Source of the DNA: Octopus vulgaris
Lineage: Eukaryota
DNA length: 64,000 nucleotides
Direction of reading: 5' to 3'
Assembly: GCA_951406725.2 (NCBI GenBank)
Contig: OX597814.1
Coordinates: forward strand, 185,442,001-185,506,000
The notes below the pieces were generated by a model. It saw only the letters and a program-made list of their open reading frames with translations. It did not search any database and was not told the origin of the DNA. Shown piece by piece: positions 38,990-53,409 of this stretch. The position numbers were made by a program, and so were the translations under genes. Every line of letters starts with the position of its first letter. Position 1 is the first letter of the stretch.

Positions 38990-39460
38990 CAGGGTGCAGT
39001 GAATAAACTGTCATCTAAATTACGCAAAAATGAAAATAACACTGTGAAATCTCATTTTAACAGATGTATTTACCAAAATTACATAAAAATATCTTGAGAT
39101 ACTAAAGAGTAAATTTATTCAATAAAATTGCCATTGGCTTCAACCATGGCTTCCAGACGTCTTTGGAATCTCCCGCAACTCTCCTGGACAGTCTCCTTGT
39201 TTATGTTGGTGAATTCTCCCATAATCCTTGCCTTCAGTTCATCTTTGGTGTCACAAGGAGTTTTGTTGCTCTCTTGCTCAACTGTGTCCCACACATAATA
39301 ATAAAGGTGGTTGCAGTCTGGTGAGTTAGGTGGCTAGATGTTAGGGGTGGTGTGGTTACAGAAATTGTCTCACAGCCATGACTGGGCTCTCCTGCTTGTG
39401 AAGCACGATGCAGCGTCCTATTGCCAGACATAGGATCTTTCAGCAGCCCCACTTCTCTTG
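38990..39460 (-). mobile_element. DD37D (maT-like) transposon 3' end, pseudogenised
   Basis: TA-CAGGGTG terminus in (TA)n; YVWQ*D..PPNSPDCNHLYYYVW..CGRFQRRLEAMVEANGNFIE, 37 residues from the second D to the expected third-D position. Confidence 0.85.
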
Positions 39461-41087
39461 AGCACTACCTCCTCATATCACCAGACATTTTGGTCCATTG
39501 TCATCTCATCCATGAAGCCCATAATCTTGAGACCAGCCCTCTCTACTTCACTTCATATCTTTCTTCCACAGATGTCATTCACATTAGGCAATCAACACTT
39601 CTTTATACAGCTGTCTTCATTAACCCTTTCATTACTGTGTTTATTTTGAGATGCTCTGTGTTTCTTTCGATAAATTAAGTACCAGTTGCTTACTGGGATC
39701 AATACAATCTACTGGACCCCCTCCCCCAAAATTTCGGGCCTTGTGTCTAGAGTAGAAAAGGTATATATGTGCATGAGTAATTGTGTGTGTGTGTGTGTAT
39801 GTGCCTGTGTATGCATGTGCATAATTGCATATGTATACCATTATCTTTATGGTATTTTTGACATTTGTGTGTGTCTGTTAGTGCTTCTGTCATTTGACAT
39901 CACACAATCACAAAATAGTTTTAAAAGAAAATCACCATCATACAACTGGTGTCATTTGTTTTTCCAGTCTTTTGCCAAAAAAAAAGAAGAAAAACATGTC
40001 TGACCATGAGAAAGCATTAAGTTTCTCAGAAACAGGTGAAGTTTTGTGACAGGAAGGGCTTCTAGCCATAAAAAAATCTGTTGCAATGAAGCTTTATTTA
40101 TCCCATGGAGACATAGAAAAGTAAATGTTAAAACAATGATGATGACAATGTTGACAATGCCAGTGGTAACCTTTAAAACAGTTCAAAAGCTGATCAGAGC
40201 CAGTATAACCACAGGATTTCCAATGACTTTAAAGTGCTCGTCATACACATGAATATTATAGAAACGCCAGAGGTAAAAAGCTTTATTATGTGGGATAGAA
40301 AGTAAACCCAATATGGATTAATTATATAATAAAAAACACAATAAGAATTTTTAATCAACTCACAATTGCAAATCAACCATTTAATCAAACACGATTGAGA
40401 TTTAGGGGCATTAAGAGAGGGTTTGAAAATTTTGTAAATTTTGTAAAATTTTAAGCTTTCAACATGACTTCAGATTCTAAGGCAAAAGTTGATCAAGCGA
40501 ATAGAAAACGGCTCAAGAATTTGTTTTACAGTTAGCTACAATAAAAGAACTTGCCTGAGACCATCCCTGGTTCTATGATACATGCTTCCTCTTTTTGAGT
40601 CATCTAAAATTAAAAACCTTTTAAAATTTTTTTAATTTTATGTTAATTTATGTCTGAAGCACCAGCTTGATAATGACAAAAGTATGTTATTAAATTCTTC
40701 ATTATTTTCAAAAATATATAAAACAAAGGCAGTGAATTCCAACAGAAATAGAGTAAAACAACTATTTAATGGTGCTGAAATTTGTCGATTCTGAAAGAAA
40801 ATGCCTAAAGAACTTTTCTTTCAAGAATAGAATAGCTGCCAGTGAATTTAAAGTATTTAAAGTTTCAATCACACCATTATTATGTTGTAAAGCTGTGGTT
40901 GTCAAACTAACAAATACCAGTGCTATGTCCTTCCTCTCAGAAGTATTTGTACAGAAATTCTTTACCCTCTTATGCTCTCTTTCATAATTAGAAGACAAAA
41001 TAAATTTTAATGTTTGTCACTACTTCAGCATGGCTGTTCCGTTCAAATGGTTGTTACTGCGATTTTTTAAACCCAGGAGGACATTTC

Positions 41088-41594
41088 AGGTCACATTCAC
41101 AAGAAGACTTTTTGAGATTAGTGTTGTGGAGGGAGTATGTAGCCCCTGGGTTTTTCCTCCCAAAATGCATGGTAGTACATTTGTCAACAGCCAGCTTGAG
41201 TTGCCAGTCCATGATCCATTGCTGCATTGTGTCCAGGTCTGATTGCAATAAAGATCTATAGTGTACAGAATCTGTCCTCTTTATTTCCAGCTACAGCTTG
41301 ATGTCATCTGCATATTTCAGCACTGTGGCATTCTTTAAGTTGGCATCTATGTCATTAATATATGCAACAAATAAAAGAGGGCCAAGAACAGATCCCTGTG
41401 GTACACCAGATGTCATCTCATAGGGTGAAGAGTGCTGTCCTAGAACTGTGACAACCACTTTGTGGCTAATAATGAAAGACTTCAACCAGTTATAGAGATC
41501 ATCTCTTACACCCATTGCAGAGAGTTTCTCCATAGGTTTTTTGTGTGACATAGAATTAAAAGCCTTAGAAAAGTCCAGGTAAACAACATCCACC
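41088..41594 (-). pseudogene. CR1-group reverse transcriptase internal fragment
   Basis: VDVVYLDFSKAF..GVPQGSVLGPLLFVAYINDI..YADDIKL*..LQSDLD..W..WQLKLAVDKC. Confidence 0.9.
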
Positions 41595-42024
41595 CAGAAG
41601 CCACCATATAGATTCAAACAACATCCAGTCACTGATATTGCAAAAATCAAAGAAGCTAGTTCCAAACTCTCTGTAAGAGATGAATGCAGTAACTGTACTG
41701 GCAAGTAATGTTTGTCGCCACTTCAGCATGGCTGTTCTATTTGAATGGACATTACTGTGATTTTTTTAACCCCAAGAAGACATTTCCTCTAGCTGGTTAA
41801 CAATTTTGTTTCTATATGATACTTATTTCTTCTTCCCTATATTGCTACCATGCTAGCAATGGACTGATGAACATGTTACTGAGGAGCTGTTTTACAGCCT
41901 TTCCTGTCATTAATTCTTTGATTTTTCTCTTTCAAGTAAGTAATCTCTTATTTCACACATCTTCAAAGGCACAAACACAGCAGATGGTTTGTGGATAGGG
42001 GTAAATGGTAACAACAGTGACTGA

Positions 42025-42410
42025 GGGAGAGAGAGAGGGAGAGAGGGAGAGAGAGAGACAGAGAGAGAGAGACAAACAGAGAGATAAACAGAGAGAAAAA
42101 GAAACAAACAGAGAGAGAGAGAGACAGAGAGAGTGACAAACAGAGAGAGAGAGACAAACAGAGAGAGAGACAAACAGAGAGAGAGACAAACAGAGAGAGA
42201 GAGACAAACAGAGAGAGAGAGAGAGACAAACAGAGAGAGAGAGAGAGAGAAATAGAGAGAGAGAGTGAGACAAACAGAGAGAGAGAAAGAGAGACAAACA
42301 GAGACAGAGAGAGACAAACACAGAGAGAGAGACAAACACAGAGAGAGACAAACAGACAGACAGAGACAGAGACAAGGAGAGAAAGAGAGAGAGAGAAAGA
42401 AAAAGAAAAT
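42025..42410. repeat. (GA)n minisatellite with GACAAACA interruptions
   Basis: Direct reading. Confidence 0.9.
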
Positions 42411-42659
42411 AGAGAATGTAGAATATATATATATGTATCTATAAATGTGTGTGCTCGTTTATGTGTGTTCGTTTGTGTGTGTTTGTATTTCATTGTCCTG
42501 ACACTACACAATAATTGTAAATGAGCATCAAGTCGTGCAAATGGTGCACTTCATTTCTAACATGCTGAAGAAATAAAACTTGGCTTGTCAGCAAGTGAAG
42601 GTTAATGACAGGAAGAGCGTCCAACCATAACAACATGTTTCTTAACAAATTCTGTACCA

Positions 42660-43378
42660 TCAATCATGGACTCTTCTGACATTAGACAATGTATGAGTGT
42701 TCGGGAATTTCTTGCCAAACAACCACACAGGTGATTTGTTTGTAAGTACAGCAGAGTGCCAGGCATCTTGGTATTTTGTCATCTCACCTGAAAGGTTCAT
42801 TGTCCTGCGGTCATTCTTCAGTATTTCATCCCACATCAGTGAAATCTCAAAGCTCACTCCCTCCATCAAAATGACGTTACCTGTACAGGTGCACCATGTG
42901 CCACATGTTAGATGATGAAGTGTTTTGCTCAAAGACGCAATGCAACACCTGGTCTGGGAAGTGAAACCATGATCTTGCAATTGCAAGAGTAACACCCTAA
43001 CCATTAAGCCATGTGCCTTCATCCATACAAGCATGAAAATAGGATTAAGACCTCTTTCAGTCATGAATGACCATGGGATTGCACCTAGGAAGTTCTCCTC
43101 TGAGGCATGAGTCTAAGAAAGTTGCTTATGGAAGACAAGCATTTGCCCATGCATTCCAGCCTCCTCTCTCTACGCCCCTGATGTTATCCAAGGGATAGGC
43201 AATGGCTAATGCAACTTGGCACCAGTGATATCACAACTCATTTCTACAACTGCATGGACTGGAGCAAGGTGAAATAAAGTGTCTTGCTCAAGAACACAAC
43301 ATACAGCCCGGACAAGGAATCGAACTCACTACCTCATGATTGTGAGCCCGGTACTCTAACCACTGAGCCATGTGCCTT
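42660..43378 (-). mobile_element. Two SINE family D-related copies (42660-43020, 43050-43378)
   Basis: tRNA-like heads ending AACCA.T.AGCCATGTGCCT on the plus strand; shared TGCTCAA central block. Confidence 0.7.
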
Positions 43379-43619
43379 TGGAGTATGGAAACAATGTCGA
43401 AGATGTTGTTCATGAAACAATATTGTGGATCTAAAATAAAAAGGCGGTGCTCCAGCATGGCCACAACCAAATGACTGAAACAAGTAAAAAGAGTAAAAAA
43501 GAGTAAAATATGTAACAAAATAAAGCAAGAAAATATATATTGATAAGATTATTAAAAAACCTGTTTTCTTCTAATTCATTTTTTTCATTCTTTAGCTCTT
43601 TCCTACACACGCACACACA

Positions 43620-43652
<33 letters not shown>

Positions 43653-44092
43653 ATGCATACTTATTCTGGCACATTTTGAAGAAGAGATGTCACTTCCACT
43701 TGCTCTGTGCGGCAATTCAAGCAACAACACTCCATTGCTTTATTTCATATTGTTTGGACTATCAGGTTGTTGTTCTGTTCACACCAATCTGTTTTTTTGT
43801 ATTACATTTCAATTTACCTTGGGCCATTTTTATTTCATTTTGAATTCTTCTTCTTTCATTCGCCCATAACCTTTTCAATTCATTTCGTTTCAAATCTATA
43901 TTTTAAATCAATTTTGATTTCTTTCTTTTACCATTTTATAAAATATATTTCATAAAGTTATGGTTGTATATGTACACACATACATGCATAAATACATACA
44001 TATGTACATGCATATCTACATAAATGCTTACATACATACACACATACATACATACATACATACATACATACATACATACATACACACACATA

Positions 44093-44133
<41 letters not shown>

Positions 44134-44681
44134 GCACATACATACATACACACACATATATATATACATATATATGTATGTGTATATATAGATATGCATT
44201 TATATGTATCCATATATGTATATATATACATATACATATATGTACATACCTATATACAGATATATATATATTATACCCACACATAGTATTAAAATATTAT
44301 GTGCGTATAGGTATGTGTATATGTATATATGTATACACACATGTGTGTGTATGTGTGTGTGAGTACATATATACATATACACATGCATATACACACATAA
44401 CATTTTAATACGTTTTATCATATTTTTATAATATATATTTTTATCAGATAAAGAAAAAATTTTAATCATCTGTATCTCATTTTTTTATTATCTATACAAT
44501 TTTGTTTATTTTTTTGCATGTGCTCGTGTGTGTGTGTGTGCATATTTTTTTTTTATCATCTATATCACCTTTTAAGATTCATCAACTATTCCACAGGCTG
44601 TTCGTTGCTTCATTGCTTTAATGTAACATAGCATTCACCCACATATATTTTTTAAAATTTTAATATGCATCTTTCTGTCAG

Positions 44682-45065
44682 TTTTGCATTCAGGTAGGTT
44701 TTATTTATTTATTTAGCATAAATGTGTGTAACGAAACATGTGTAAGACGCATGTATGTAGAAATATGTAAAAACGTGAAAGTGCGTATATGCATTTGTAT
44801 GTGTGTGTTACATAAATAAGTCAAATTTTGCATTCAGGTAGGTTTTACTTATTTACTGAGCATATGCTAGCATGGGTTGGAAGGTTCAACTTCCCAGACC
44901 CCAGTTGAACCGTCCAACCCATGCTAGCATGGAAAACGGACGTTAAACGATGATGATGAAATCTATGTAATGAAACATGTGTAAGACGCATGTATTTAGA
45001 AATATGTAAAAAACGTGAAAGGGTGTATATGTATTTGTATGTGTGTGTTACATAAATAAGTCAAA
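44682..45065. repeat. ~144 bp tandem duplication; the second unit carries an RTE 3' end (44864-44958)
   Basis: TTTTGCATTCAGGTAGGTTTTA..ACATAAATAAGTCAAA occurs twice. Confidence 0.9.
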
Positions 45066-45591
45066 GCAAGAACACTACGGAACATTTTTATAACTTCATA
45101 TAAATTCATATTCTTATATAGTCTTTATAGATTTGATATTGCTTATCCTCTCTCTCTCTCTCTCTCTTTCTCTTTCCTTCTCTCTCTCTTTCTCTCTCAT
45201 TTGCTTTCTATTGTATACCAACAATAGACAGCAGAAGACATCTAATCACAACATGGCAGGACAGATTGCAATTATCAAAACTAATCAGAATCCGTTAAGC
45301 TGAGATTCTGAAAATGTTTGTACACTTTGAAGAAGGACAATTTTGCCATCCAATTCCAGTTTGCGCTGTAGAAAATCTTGTAGGAGGAGACAAACTATGA
45401 GCGAGACAATTTGCTGAACTAATGTGTTTTTGTGCCATTTCCACTTTTCTATAAATACTTTTGTATATACAATTTTGTGTTGACAAAGCTGACAAAGGTG
45501 AAGATATGGCTGTGTGATTAAGATGTTTTCTTGCCAACTAAATCGTTTGAGGTTCAATCCCACTGCATGGCATCTTGGACAAGTATCTTCT

Positions 45592-45823
45592 TATTTCTTT
45601 ATTGCCCACAAGGGGCTAAACATAGAGGGGACAAACAAGGACAGACAAACAGATTAAGTCGATTATATCGACCCCAGTGCGTGACTGGTACTTAATTTAT
45701 CGACCCCGAAAGGATGAAAGGCAAAGTCGACCTCGGCGAAATTTGAACTCAGAACGCAACAGCAGACGAAATACCGCTAAGCATTTCACCCGGCGTACTA
45801 ACGTTTCTGCCAACTTGCCGCCC
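45592..45823 (-). mobile_element. SINE family B, full length, with 8 bp target duplication TATCTTCT
   Basis: TATCTTCT at 45584-45591 and 45824-45831; CpG-rich, so probably young. Confidence 0.9.
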
Positions 45824-45930
45824 TATCTTCTGCTATAGATAGATAGTTCTGGGCTGACTAAAGACTTGTGAGCAGATTTAGTAAACAGAAACTGAAAGAA
45901 GCCCACACACTCACTCATACACAAATACAC

Positions 45931-45977
<47 letters not shown>

Positions 45978-46192
45978 TACACAAACACATACATACACAC
46001 ACTCACATACATTCTCCTCACATATACACACACGTATGCTTGTGACAAAGGTGAAGATATGACTGTGTGATTAAGATGTTTTCTTTCCAAACTACATCGT
46101 TTGAGGTTCAATCCCAGTGCATGGCATCCTGGACAAGTGTCTTCTGCTATAGATAGATAGTTCTGGGCTGACTAAAGACTTGTGAGCAGATT

Positions 46193-46486
46193 TCATCATC
46201 ATCATCATCATCGTTTAGCGTCCGCTTTCCATGCTAGCATGGGTTAGACGGTTCAACTGGGGTCTGGGAAGCCAGAAGGCTGCACCAGGCCCAGTTTGAT
46301 CTGGCAATGTTTCTACGGCTGGATGCCGTTCCTAACGCCAACCACTCCATGAATGTAGTGGGTGCTTTTTATGTGCCAGACGAGTCTGGCAAACGGCCAC
46401 GATTGGATGGTGCTTTTTATGTGCCACCGGCACAAGGCCAGTCGGGGCGGCGCTGGCAACGGCCACAACGGATGGTGCTTTTTACA
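46193..46486 (-). mobile_element. RTE 3' UTR fragment inserted in a SINE A head
   Basis: (CAT)n tail and UTR modules; the SINE resumes TAAACAGAAACTGAAAGAAGCCC. Confidence 0.85.
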
Positions 46487-46884
46487 TAAACAGAAACTGA
46501 AAGAAGCCCACACACTCACTCATGCACAAATACACACACATACACATTCTCCTCACACACACACACACACACACACATATGCTTGTGCATACACACACAC
46601 ACACTTTAACCAGGTCACTGCAGTCTCCATTCTCACCCTGGTCTCCAACCACTTCTTTCCTCCCAGCCAATTCGACATGCCACCGATAATCCAGACGTCT
46701 TATTTTTCTCTATATTTTTCTTTTCTTTTTCTCTGTTTTCTCTCTTCATTTATTTTTTTCTGTAGCAGACAGCAAGCTCGAAATGTCTCCCGTTTTTCTT
46801 GAGAATCAAATAAAATTAATATATCATGTCTATATTCCCTTACATGTCTCTATCTTTTGATTTTTTATGTTTTTAGTACAATTG

Positions 46885-47109
46885 CGGCGGTGGTGACAGT
46901 GGTGGTAATGACAACGATGACAATGATGATGGTGGTGGTGGTGGTCGTAGTGGTGATGATGATGACTACAAAGAGAAAGATGGTGATGATGATGATGCTG
47001 ATGATGGTGGTGATGGTGGTGGTGGTGGTGGTGGTGGTGGTGGTGGTGGTGGTGATGATGATGGTGGTGGTGGTGGTGGTGGTGGTGGTGGTGGTGGTGG
47101 TGGTGGTGG

Positions 47110-47141
<32 letters not shown>

Positions 47142-47232
47142 GTGATGGTGGTGGTGATGGTGGTAGTGGTGGTGGTGTTGGTGGTGGTAGTGGTGGTGGT
47201 GATGATGACTACAATGATGAAGATGAAGATGA

Positions 47233-47266
<34 letters not shown>

Positions 47267-47380
47267 GTTGGTGGTGGTGATGATGATGATGATGATGATG
47301 ATGACGACGATGAAGATGATGATCATGATCATGATCATGATGGCTACAAAGATGAAGATTAAGATGAAGATGAAGACAAT
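46885..47380. repeat. (GGT/GAT)n microsatellite
   Basis: Direct reading. Confidence 0.95.
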
Positions 47381-48011
47381 TGTCATGTCTTCCATAGTTT
47401 ACACTTGCAGCATCCACAGTAATTATACACGTAACACTTTTTATCTTAGATCCACAACGGGTTTAACGCCTCTCTATTTTCATCAGTAGCTGATTTATGA
47501 TTCCTTTTGATGATTCATTGTTATCCCTATTAAAAGTCAAGCAACACATGTCCCACTCCTGTCTCAAAAAATATAATAAGCATCTCAAAAAAGTATTGGG
47601 TAACACTTTGTAGTTGCATTAAGGTTTGAAGCACCAGTTGCTACCGAAAAGGGCAAACCCTGTTCTTTGATTTACTCAACATGCTTTGTACAGAATACAA
47701 TACTAGAGACCTTTTGCTTTAGTATTTCCCAGATGTTGTGTTCTTGCTTTTGTTTTTGTTTATTTTTACCACTCCTGAGTCACTGCGTATATCTTGGTCA
47801 ATGTTTTCTTCACAATAAACACTTATGTATGACTAATGAAGCTTTACAGCATGACACATTTTTACACACAGTTCTGCTACTAAGAATTTGTCGACTTAAA
47901 TTGATTGAGCTGGAGAGGAGAAAAACGATGACAGTTGTGATGTGCTAGCAAGATGACAGTAAACTTTACGGTGACAAGCTGGCAGAATTGTTATCACGCT
48001 GGGTATAATGT

Positions 48012-48345
48012 TCTCTCTTTACTCGTTTCAGTCATTTGACTGTGGCCATGCTGGAGCACCGCCTTTTTAGTCAAGCAAATCGACCCCAGGACTTATTCTT
48101 TGTAAGCCTAGTACTTATTCTATCGGTTTCTTTTGCCGAACCGCTAAGCTATGGGGATGTAAACACACCAGCATCGGTTGTCAAGCGATGTTGGGGGGGA
48201 CAAACACAGGCACACAAATATATATATACACACACACACACATACATATATATATACGATGGACTTCTTTTCAGTTTACGACTACCAAATCTACTCACAA
48301 GGCTTTGGTCAGCCTGAGGCTATAGTAGAAGACACTTGCCCAAGA
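48012..48345 (-). mobile_element. SINE family A
   Basis: Tail, body, internal microsatellite and part of the head. Confidence 0.85.
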
Positions 48346-48428
48346 AATCAACTTATCCCTTCCCCTGAAATTTCTAGCCTTGTGCCAAACTTGTGTGAAA
48401 ATTTGATACCAATATGAGTGAACTTTAA

Positions 48429-49135
48429 AGGTGAGCTGGTAGAATCATTAGTATACCTGGCTAAATGCTTAGCAGTATTTTGTCCATCATAACATTCTGA
48501 GTTTAAATTTCACCATGGCCAACTTTCTCTTTCATCCTTTCAGGGTCGATAAAATAAGTACCAGTTGAACACTGAGGTTGATGCAATTGACTTAGTCCCT
48601 TCCTCGATATTGCTGGCCTGGCACCAACATTTAGTGGCATTTCATCTATCATAGTTTAAATTCCACCAAGGTTGATTTTTTTCTTTCATCTTTTCAGAGC
48701 CAACAACATAAGTACCAGTAACACATTGGGATCAATGTAACCGACTAGCCCCATCCCGACAAATTTCATGCTTTGAGCCTATAGTAGAAAGGAATATTTG
48801 TTCCATCTCTTTGCAATGCAGTTTCAAATCCTGCTGAGGTTAACTTGCCTTTCAACATTTTGAGGTTGATAAGCAACTGCCTGACTGGCTCCTGTGTCGG
48901 TGGCACATAAAAAGCACCATTTGAGCATGGTCGATGCCAGTGCCACTTGAATGGCCACCGTGCTGGTGTCATGTAAAAAGCACCCACTACACTCTCGCAT
49001 TGGTTGATGTTAGGAAGGGCATCCAGCTGCAGAAACATTACCAGATCAGATTGGAGCCTGGTGCAGCCTCCTGTCTTGCCAGTCCTCAGTTAAACCGTCC
49101 AACACATGCCAGCATGGAAAGCAGACGTTAAAAGA
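48429..49135 (+). mobile_element. Cluster of decayed SINE B copies followed by an RTE 3' end (48875-49135)
   Basis: Repeated TTTCATC.TTTCAG..AAGTACCAG blocks; GGTGGCACATAAAAAGCACC modules and GCATGGAAAGCAGACGTTAAA. Confidence 0.75.
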
Positions 49136-49635
49136 TGAATGAACAAAAGAATCAGATTACATGTCTTGTAGTGTTTGTTCCAGTTCTCTCCATTCTAAAT
49201 TTCAAGACCAAACATATCAGAGACTGAACTCATGACACTTTCACTACATTAACTAAATATCAAAAATCTCACAACCAAATAATGTCAGGGGTTTATTATG
49301 GCCATCATTCAGACACTTTCTTGTCATAAGCCCTTGCAAGTTTTTCCAGAGGAACTCAAAAGAACAGATAGAACAGACATTTTGTTGATAAGAACTGTCA
49401 ACAGATGTTACTAGTTACGTCCCAGCCACAACTGGTGATGTCACCATTTGTTACCATAGCTGAACATAGTTTGCACACAAATACACATACACAAATGCAT
49501 GCATGCATACAAGGTATTCTTTTCAGTTTCTACTTATCAAAATCCCTCAGAAAGCATTGGTTGAGCAAAGGCTATCTTTGGTAGATGACACTTGCCCACG
49601 GTGCCATGCCATGGAACTGATTGATGTATATATAT

Positions 49636-49940
49636 ATCACTGTGATTACTGTGACTGACCAGGCTATCAGATGTTGCTACACGTCGCTGGTCACAATGCG
49701 CTTTGCATTGTTTTAGCCTTCAAATGACGCCACCCCACTGGCTAAGCAAGCAGGCCAACAGAAGAAAGAGTGAGAGAAAGTTATGGCGAAAGAGTACAGC
49801 AGGGATCGCCCCCCCCCCCCGCGCCAGAGCCTCGTGGACCTTTAGGTGTTTTCACTCAATAAACTCTCACAACGCCCGGTCTGGGAATCGAAACCATGAT
49901 CCTACGACCGCAAGTTTGCTGCCTTGACCACTGGGCCATT
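49636..49940 (-). mobile_element. SINE family C
   Basis: Homologous to 959-1270; (TA)n on both sides. Confidence 0.85.
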
Positions 49941-50876
49941 ACTGTATATATATATATATATATATATATACATACACACACATACACATATATACTTCTT
50001 GTGTTACTGTATTGGTTGGCCCTAGTTTTTCATTTCATTTGCATGCTGTTAACATCCTTGTTTAATCGTTGGGCATCCATGACTTCAGTAATATTCACTG
50101 TTTTTGGCACAATTAGAAGAGTTGTACCATAAATTTAAACATACTGAAACTATACAGATTCTGGTCACTAAGGCTGATGAGAGGATTTTCATGCTTGTTT
50201 CTACTTTTCCAATAATCATTTCCCATGTTCCATTTAAATTTTCACTACACACACACACACACACACACACATACACACATATGAACACAAATATATTTCC
50301 AGAATCAAAAAGACTCCAGATAAAAACCTGACTGACGAAATAGACTTAACTATATCATTTTTATTTCCCTTTAGTTAATTGTCATATATGTCTTTTACTG
50401 TTATTTATACACACACATACATATGTGTTTAGACATGTGTGTGTGAGTGGTGTATATATATATATATATGAATATATATATATTCGTGAATTTCATCACA
50501 CACAACATGGACCAAATTTCTTCCTAAGAAAATATATATATATTCAAATAAATTAAACATAATATCATGAATAACGATAGCGAAACCAGTCGATATATAA
50601 AAAAGTATATTAAAACCATGTAAGTGTGCATATTTACCTTTTTTAATTTCTTATATATATATATAAGGATAAGATCATTATTTAAATACTGATCTTATCA
50701 GGTGGCCAGCATGTGAATAAAAATCTTCAAATGTAATAATAAATGTGGTTTTAGAGTCAAGTTTTGGTTGCTATTTCCAGCGTGGGTGTATCTCTTAGAT
50801 ACCCTAAATTATAATTTTGATAATATATGTGTGTGTTTATGTGTGTGTGTATGTATGTGTATGTATATATATATAC

Positions 50877-50984
<108 letters not shown>

Positions 50985-51009
50985 CTGAGATACATAGATA
51001 GATAGATAG

Positions 51010-51048
<39 letters not shown>

Positions 51049-51376
51049 CACATATGCTTAAATGATATATATATAGTTATGCATGATGATAAATTGTACT
51101 GATATGCATACATCTCTAAACAGACAAATATTACAAGAATTCATATACAGACTTCTCACAATATTCATTCATACACTTATGACAATGTATGTATTTGTTT
51201 GTGCATGCTTGTGCTTTCCTTTCCTTTCCTTTTCTTCCCTTTTCTTTTTATTTATTTACTTTTTTATTTTTTTTATTTATTTATTTATTTATTTATTCAT
51301 TTATTTTGTATGTTAAAATGTTTCTAGAAAGAAATACCTTCTGGAGTAATAGTGTGAGGCCGTATGCGAAATAGAT

Positions 51377-51433
<57 letters not shown>

Positions 51434-51786
51434 AAGATAGAGTGTCTGAGAAAGTGAAAGTATATTGTGTAATATAGAGAAAGCAAAAGAGAGAGAGACA
51501 CACACACACAGGCAGACAAAAGGAATAGGAGAGAAGGAAGAAGTGGGTGACAGTGTGTGTGGGGGGGTAGGATGCAAGAGGCGGGCGGGGGGGTTCTTAA
51601 GTGAAGTGGCGGGAAGGTTGGTAATGTGGCTGGCGCGGTTGGAGTGACAGAAGGAATGCATGCCAAGGATGCAGCATGCAAAAGAATTCCGTTGTTGTAT
51701 CTTCTTCCGAAACAAATTCTAACAGTAGCAGAGATGCCGCTCTCACCATCTTGTTGTGTGTGCAGCGACATATGTTCCACAAAGAT

Positions 51787-51818
<32 letters not shown>

Positions 51819-52789
51819 TTGTGTAAGTGAGTGTGTGTGAGAGTGTGTGTGTCTAACTATCTATCTATCTATCAATCTCTCTCTCTCTCTCTCTCACTAT
51901 ATATATATATATATATATAGAGATGCATTTATGTATATATGCATGTATATATATATGTATGTATGTATGTATGCATGTATGTATGCATGTATGTATGCAT
52001 GTATGTATGTATGTATGTATGTATGTATATGTATGTATGACATCTTTTACATCCCTATTGCTAAGGAAAGATAGAGTGGATGAGGGGGGGAAAAGGAAAG
52101 AGTAAGCAGAGAAGATTAAAAAGCAGGAGAGATAGAGAAAGAGATAGAGAGAGATAAAAAGAGAGACAGATAGACAAACAGACAGACAGACAGACAGAGA
52201 CTGAGAAGGAAAAATGGGTAGTGAATTGCTGAATGACACAGCAATACATACTGCAGGTTAGAGGTCACAACTGGTGGTCTACTATTGTTTTATACAGAAG
52301 ATTCAGACTCAGGTGACATTTCTGTTAAAGGAATGTTTATTTATTTATTTCCTTTTTAAAATAATTTCCTCCCCTTCTTCCTCCTCCTCCTCCTTCCCTT
52401 CCTCCTTTTTTTTACTCCTCCTACTCTATGGTTGTTGCATGTCAAATGTGCAAGTGCATTATCAAATCTGTTGCTAATTTTAAACCTCGTGCATTGTTGC
52501 TATCTGCCTTTGCTTTTGTGTCGTCTTTTCTGATTTTTTTTCTCTATACGATGTGATTGCAATGTGCATGCATGATGTTTCTCTTTGCGTCTGAGTGTGT
52601 GTATAGATGTGTGCATGTATGTATATATATATATGCACAAACACCTGCATGTCTATGGCTTTATACATCAATCATTATATACCTATCTATTTAAATACAT
52701 ACATACATGAATACATACATACATATGTACATACATGCATAGATACATACATACATGCATGCAAGCATACATATAAGTGTATGTATCTG

Positions 52790-53364
52790 TTATCTTTTAC
52801 TTGTGTCAGTCATTAGGCTGTGGCCATGCTGGGGCATCACCTTGAAAAATTATAATCAAATGGATTCACTGCAGTACATTTTTTTAAGACTGGCACTTAT
52901 TCTCTCTTTTACCAAACCACTAAGTTACAGGGACGTAAACACACCAACACCATTTGGTCGGCCCAAGGCTATAATTGAAGAAACTTACCTAAGGTACCAC
53001 ACAATGAGATTGAACCTGGAACTATGCGGTTGGAAAGCAAGCTCCTTACTACGTAGCCACACCTGCGCTTATATGTATATATATGTATATATATATATTC
53101 ACCCTCTTGTACTATCTTCTATCCCTCCCCACCACTACACACTCAATAACACTATAAAATGGTCAAAATTTTTCCACAGGAACTTAGTTTCATTTGAAAA
53201 ATCCACCAGAATGGATGAAAGTGCTAATATATGATATATGATATAAGTTATATGATGTATAAAAACATGTAACATATAAATAAATATCTGTAAATATAGA
53301 ACCATCCGAATTTCTGAGTACCTCATTTCTTCTAATATAAAATACCTGTACATCATCGCCAAAC

Positions 53365-53409
<45 letters not shown>

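Noticed and set aside
39620-40770. Possible piggyBac-like MITE starting TTAACCCTTT
   Set aside because: No matching right terminus could be confirmed from the sequence
50562-50596. Hammerhead-like ATATC..GAAACCAGTC-GATAT
   Set aside because: Stem I and GAAAC are present, but the core and stem II are too degenerate to call
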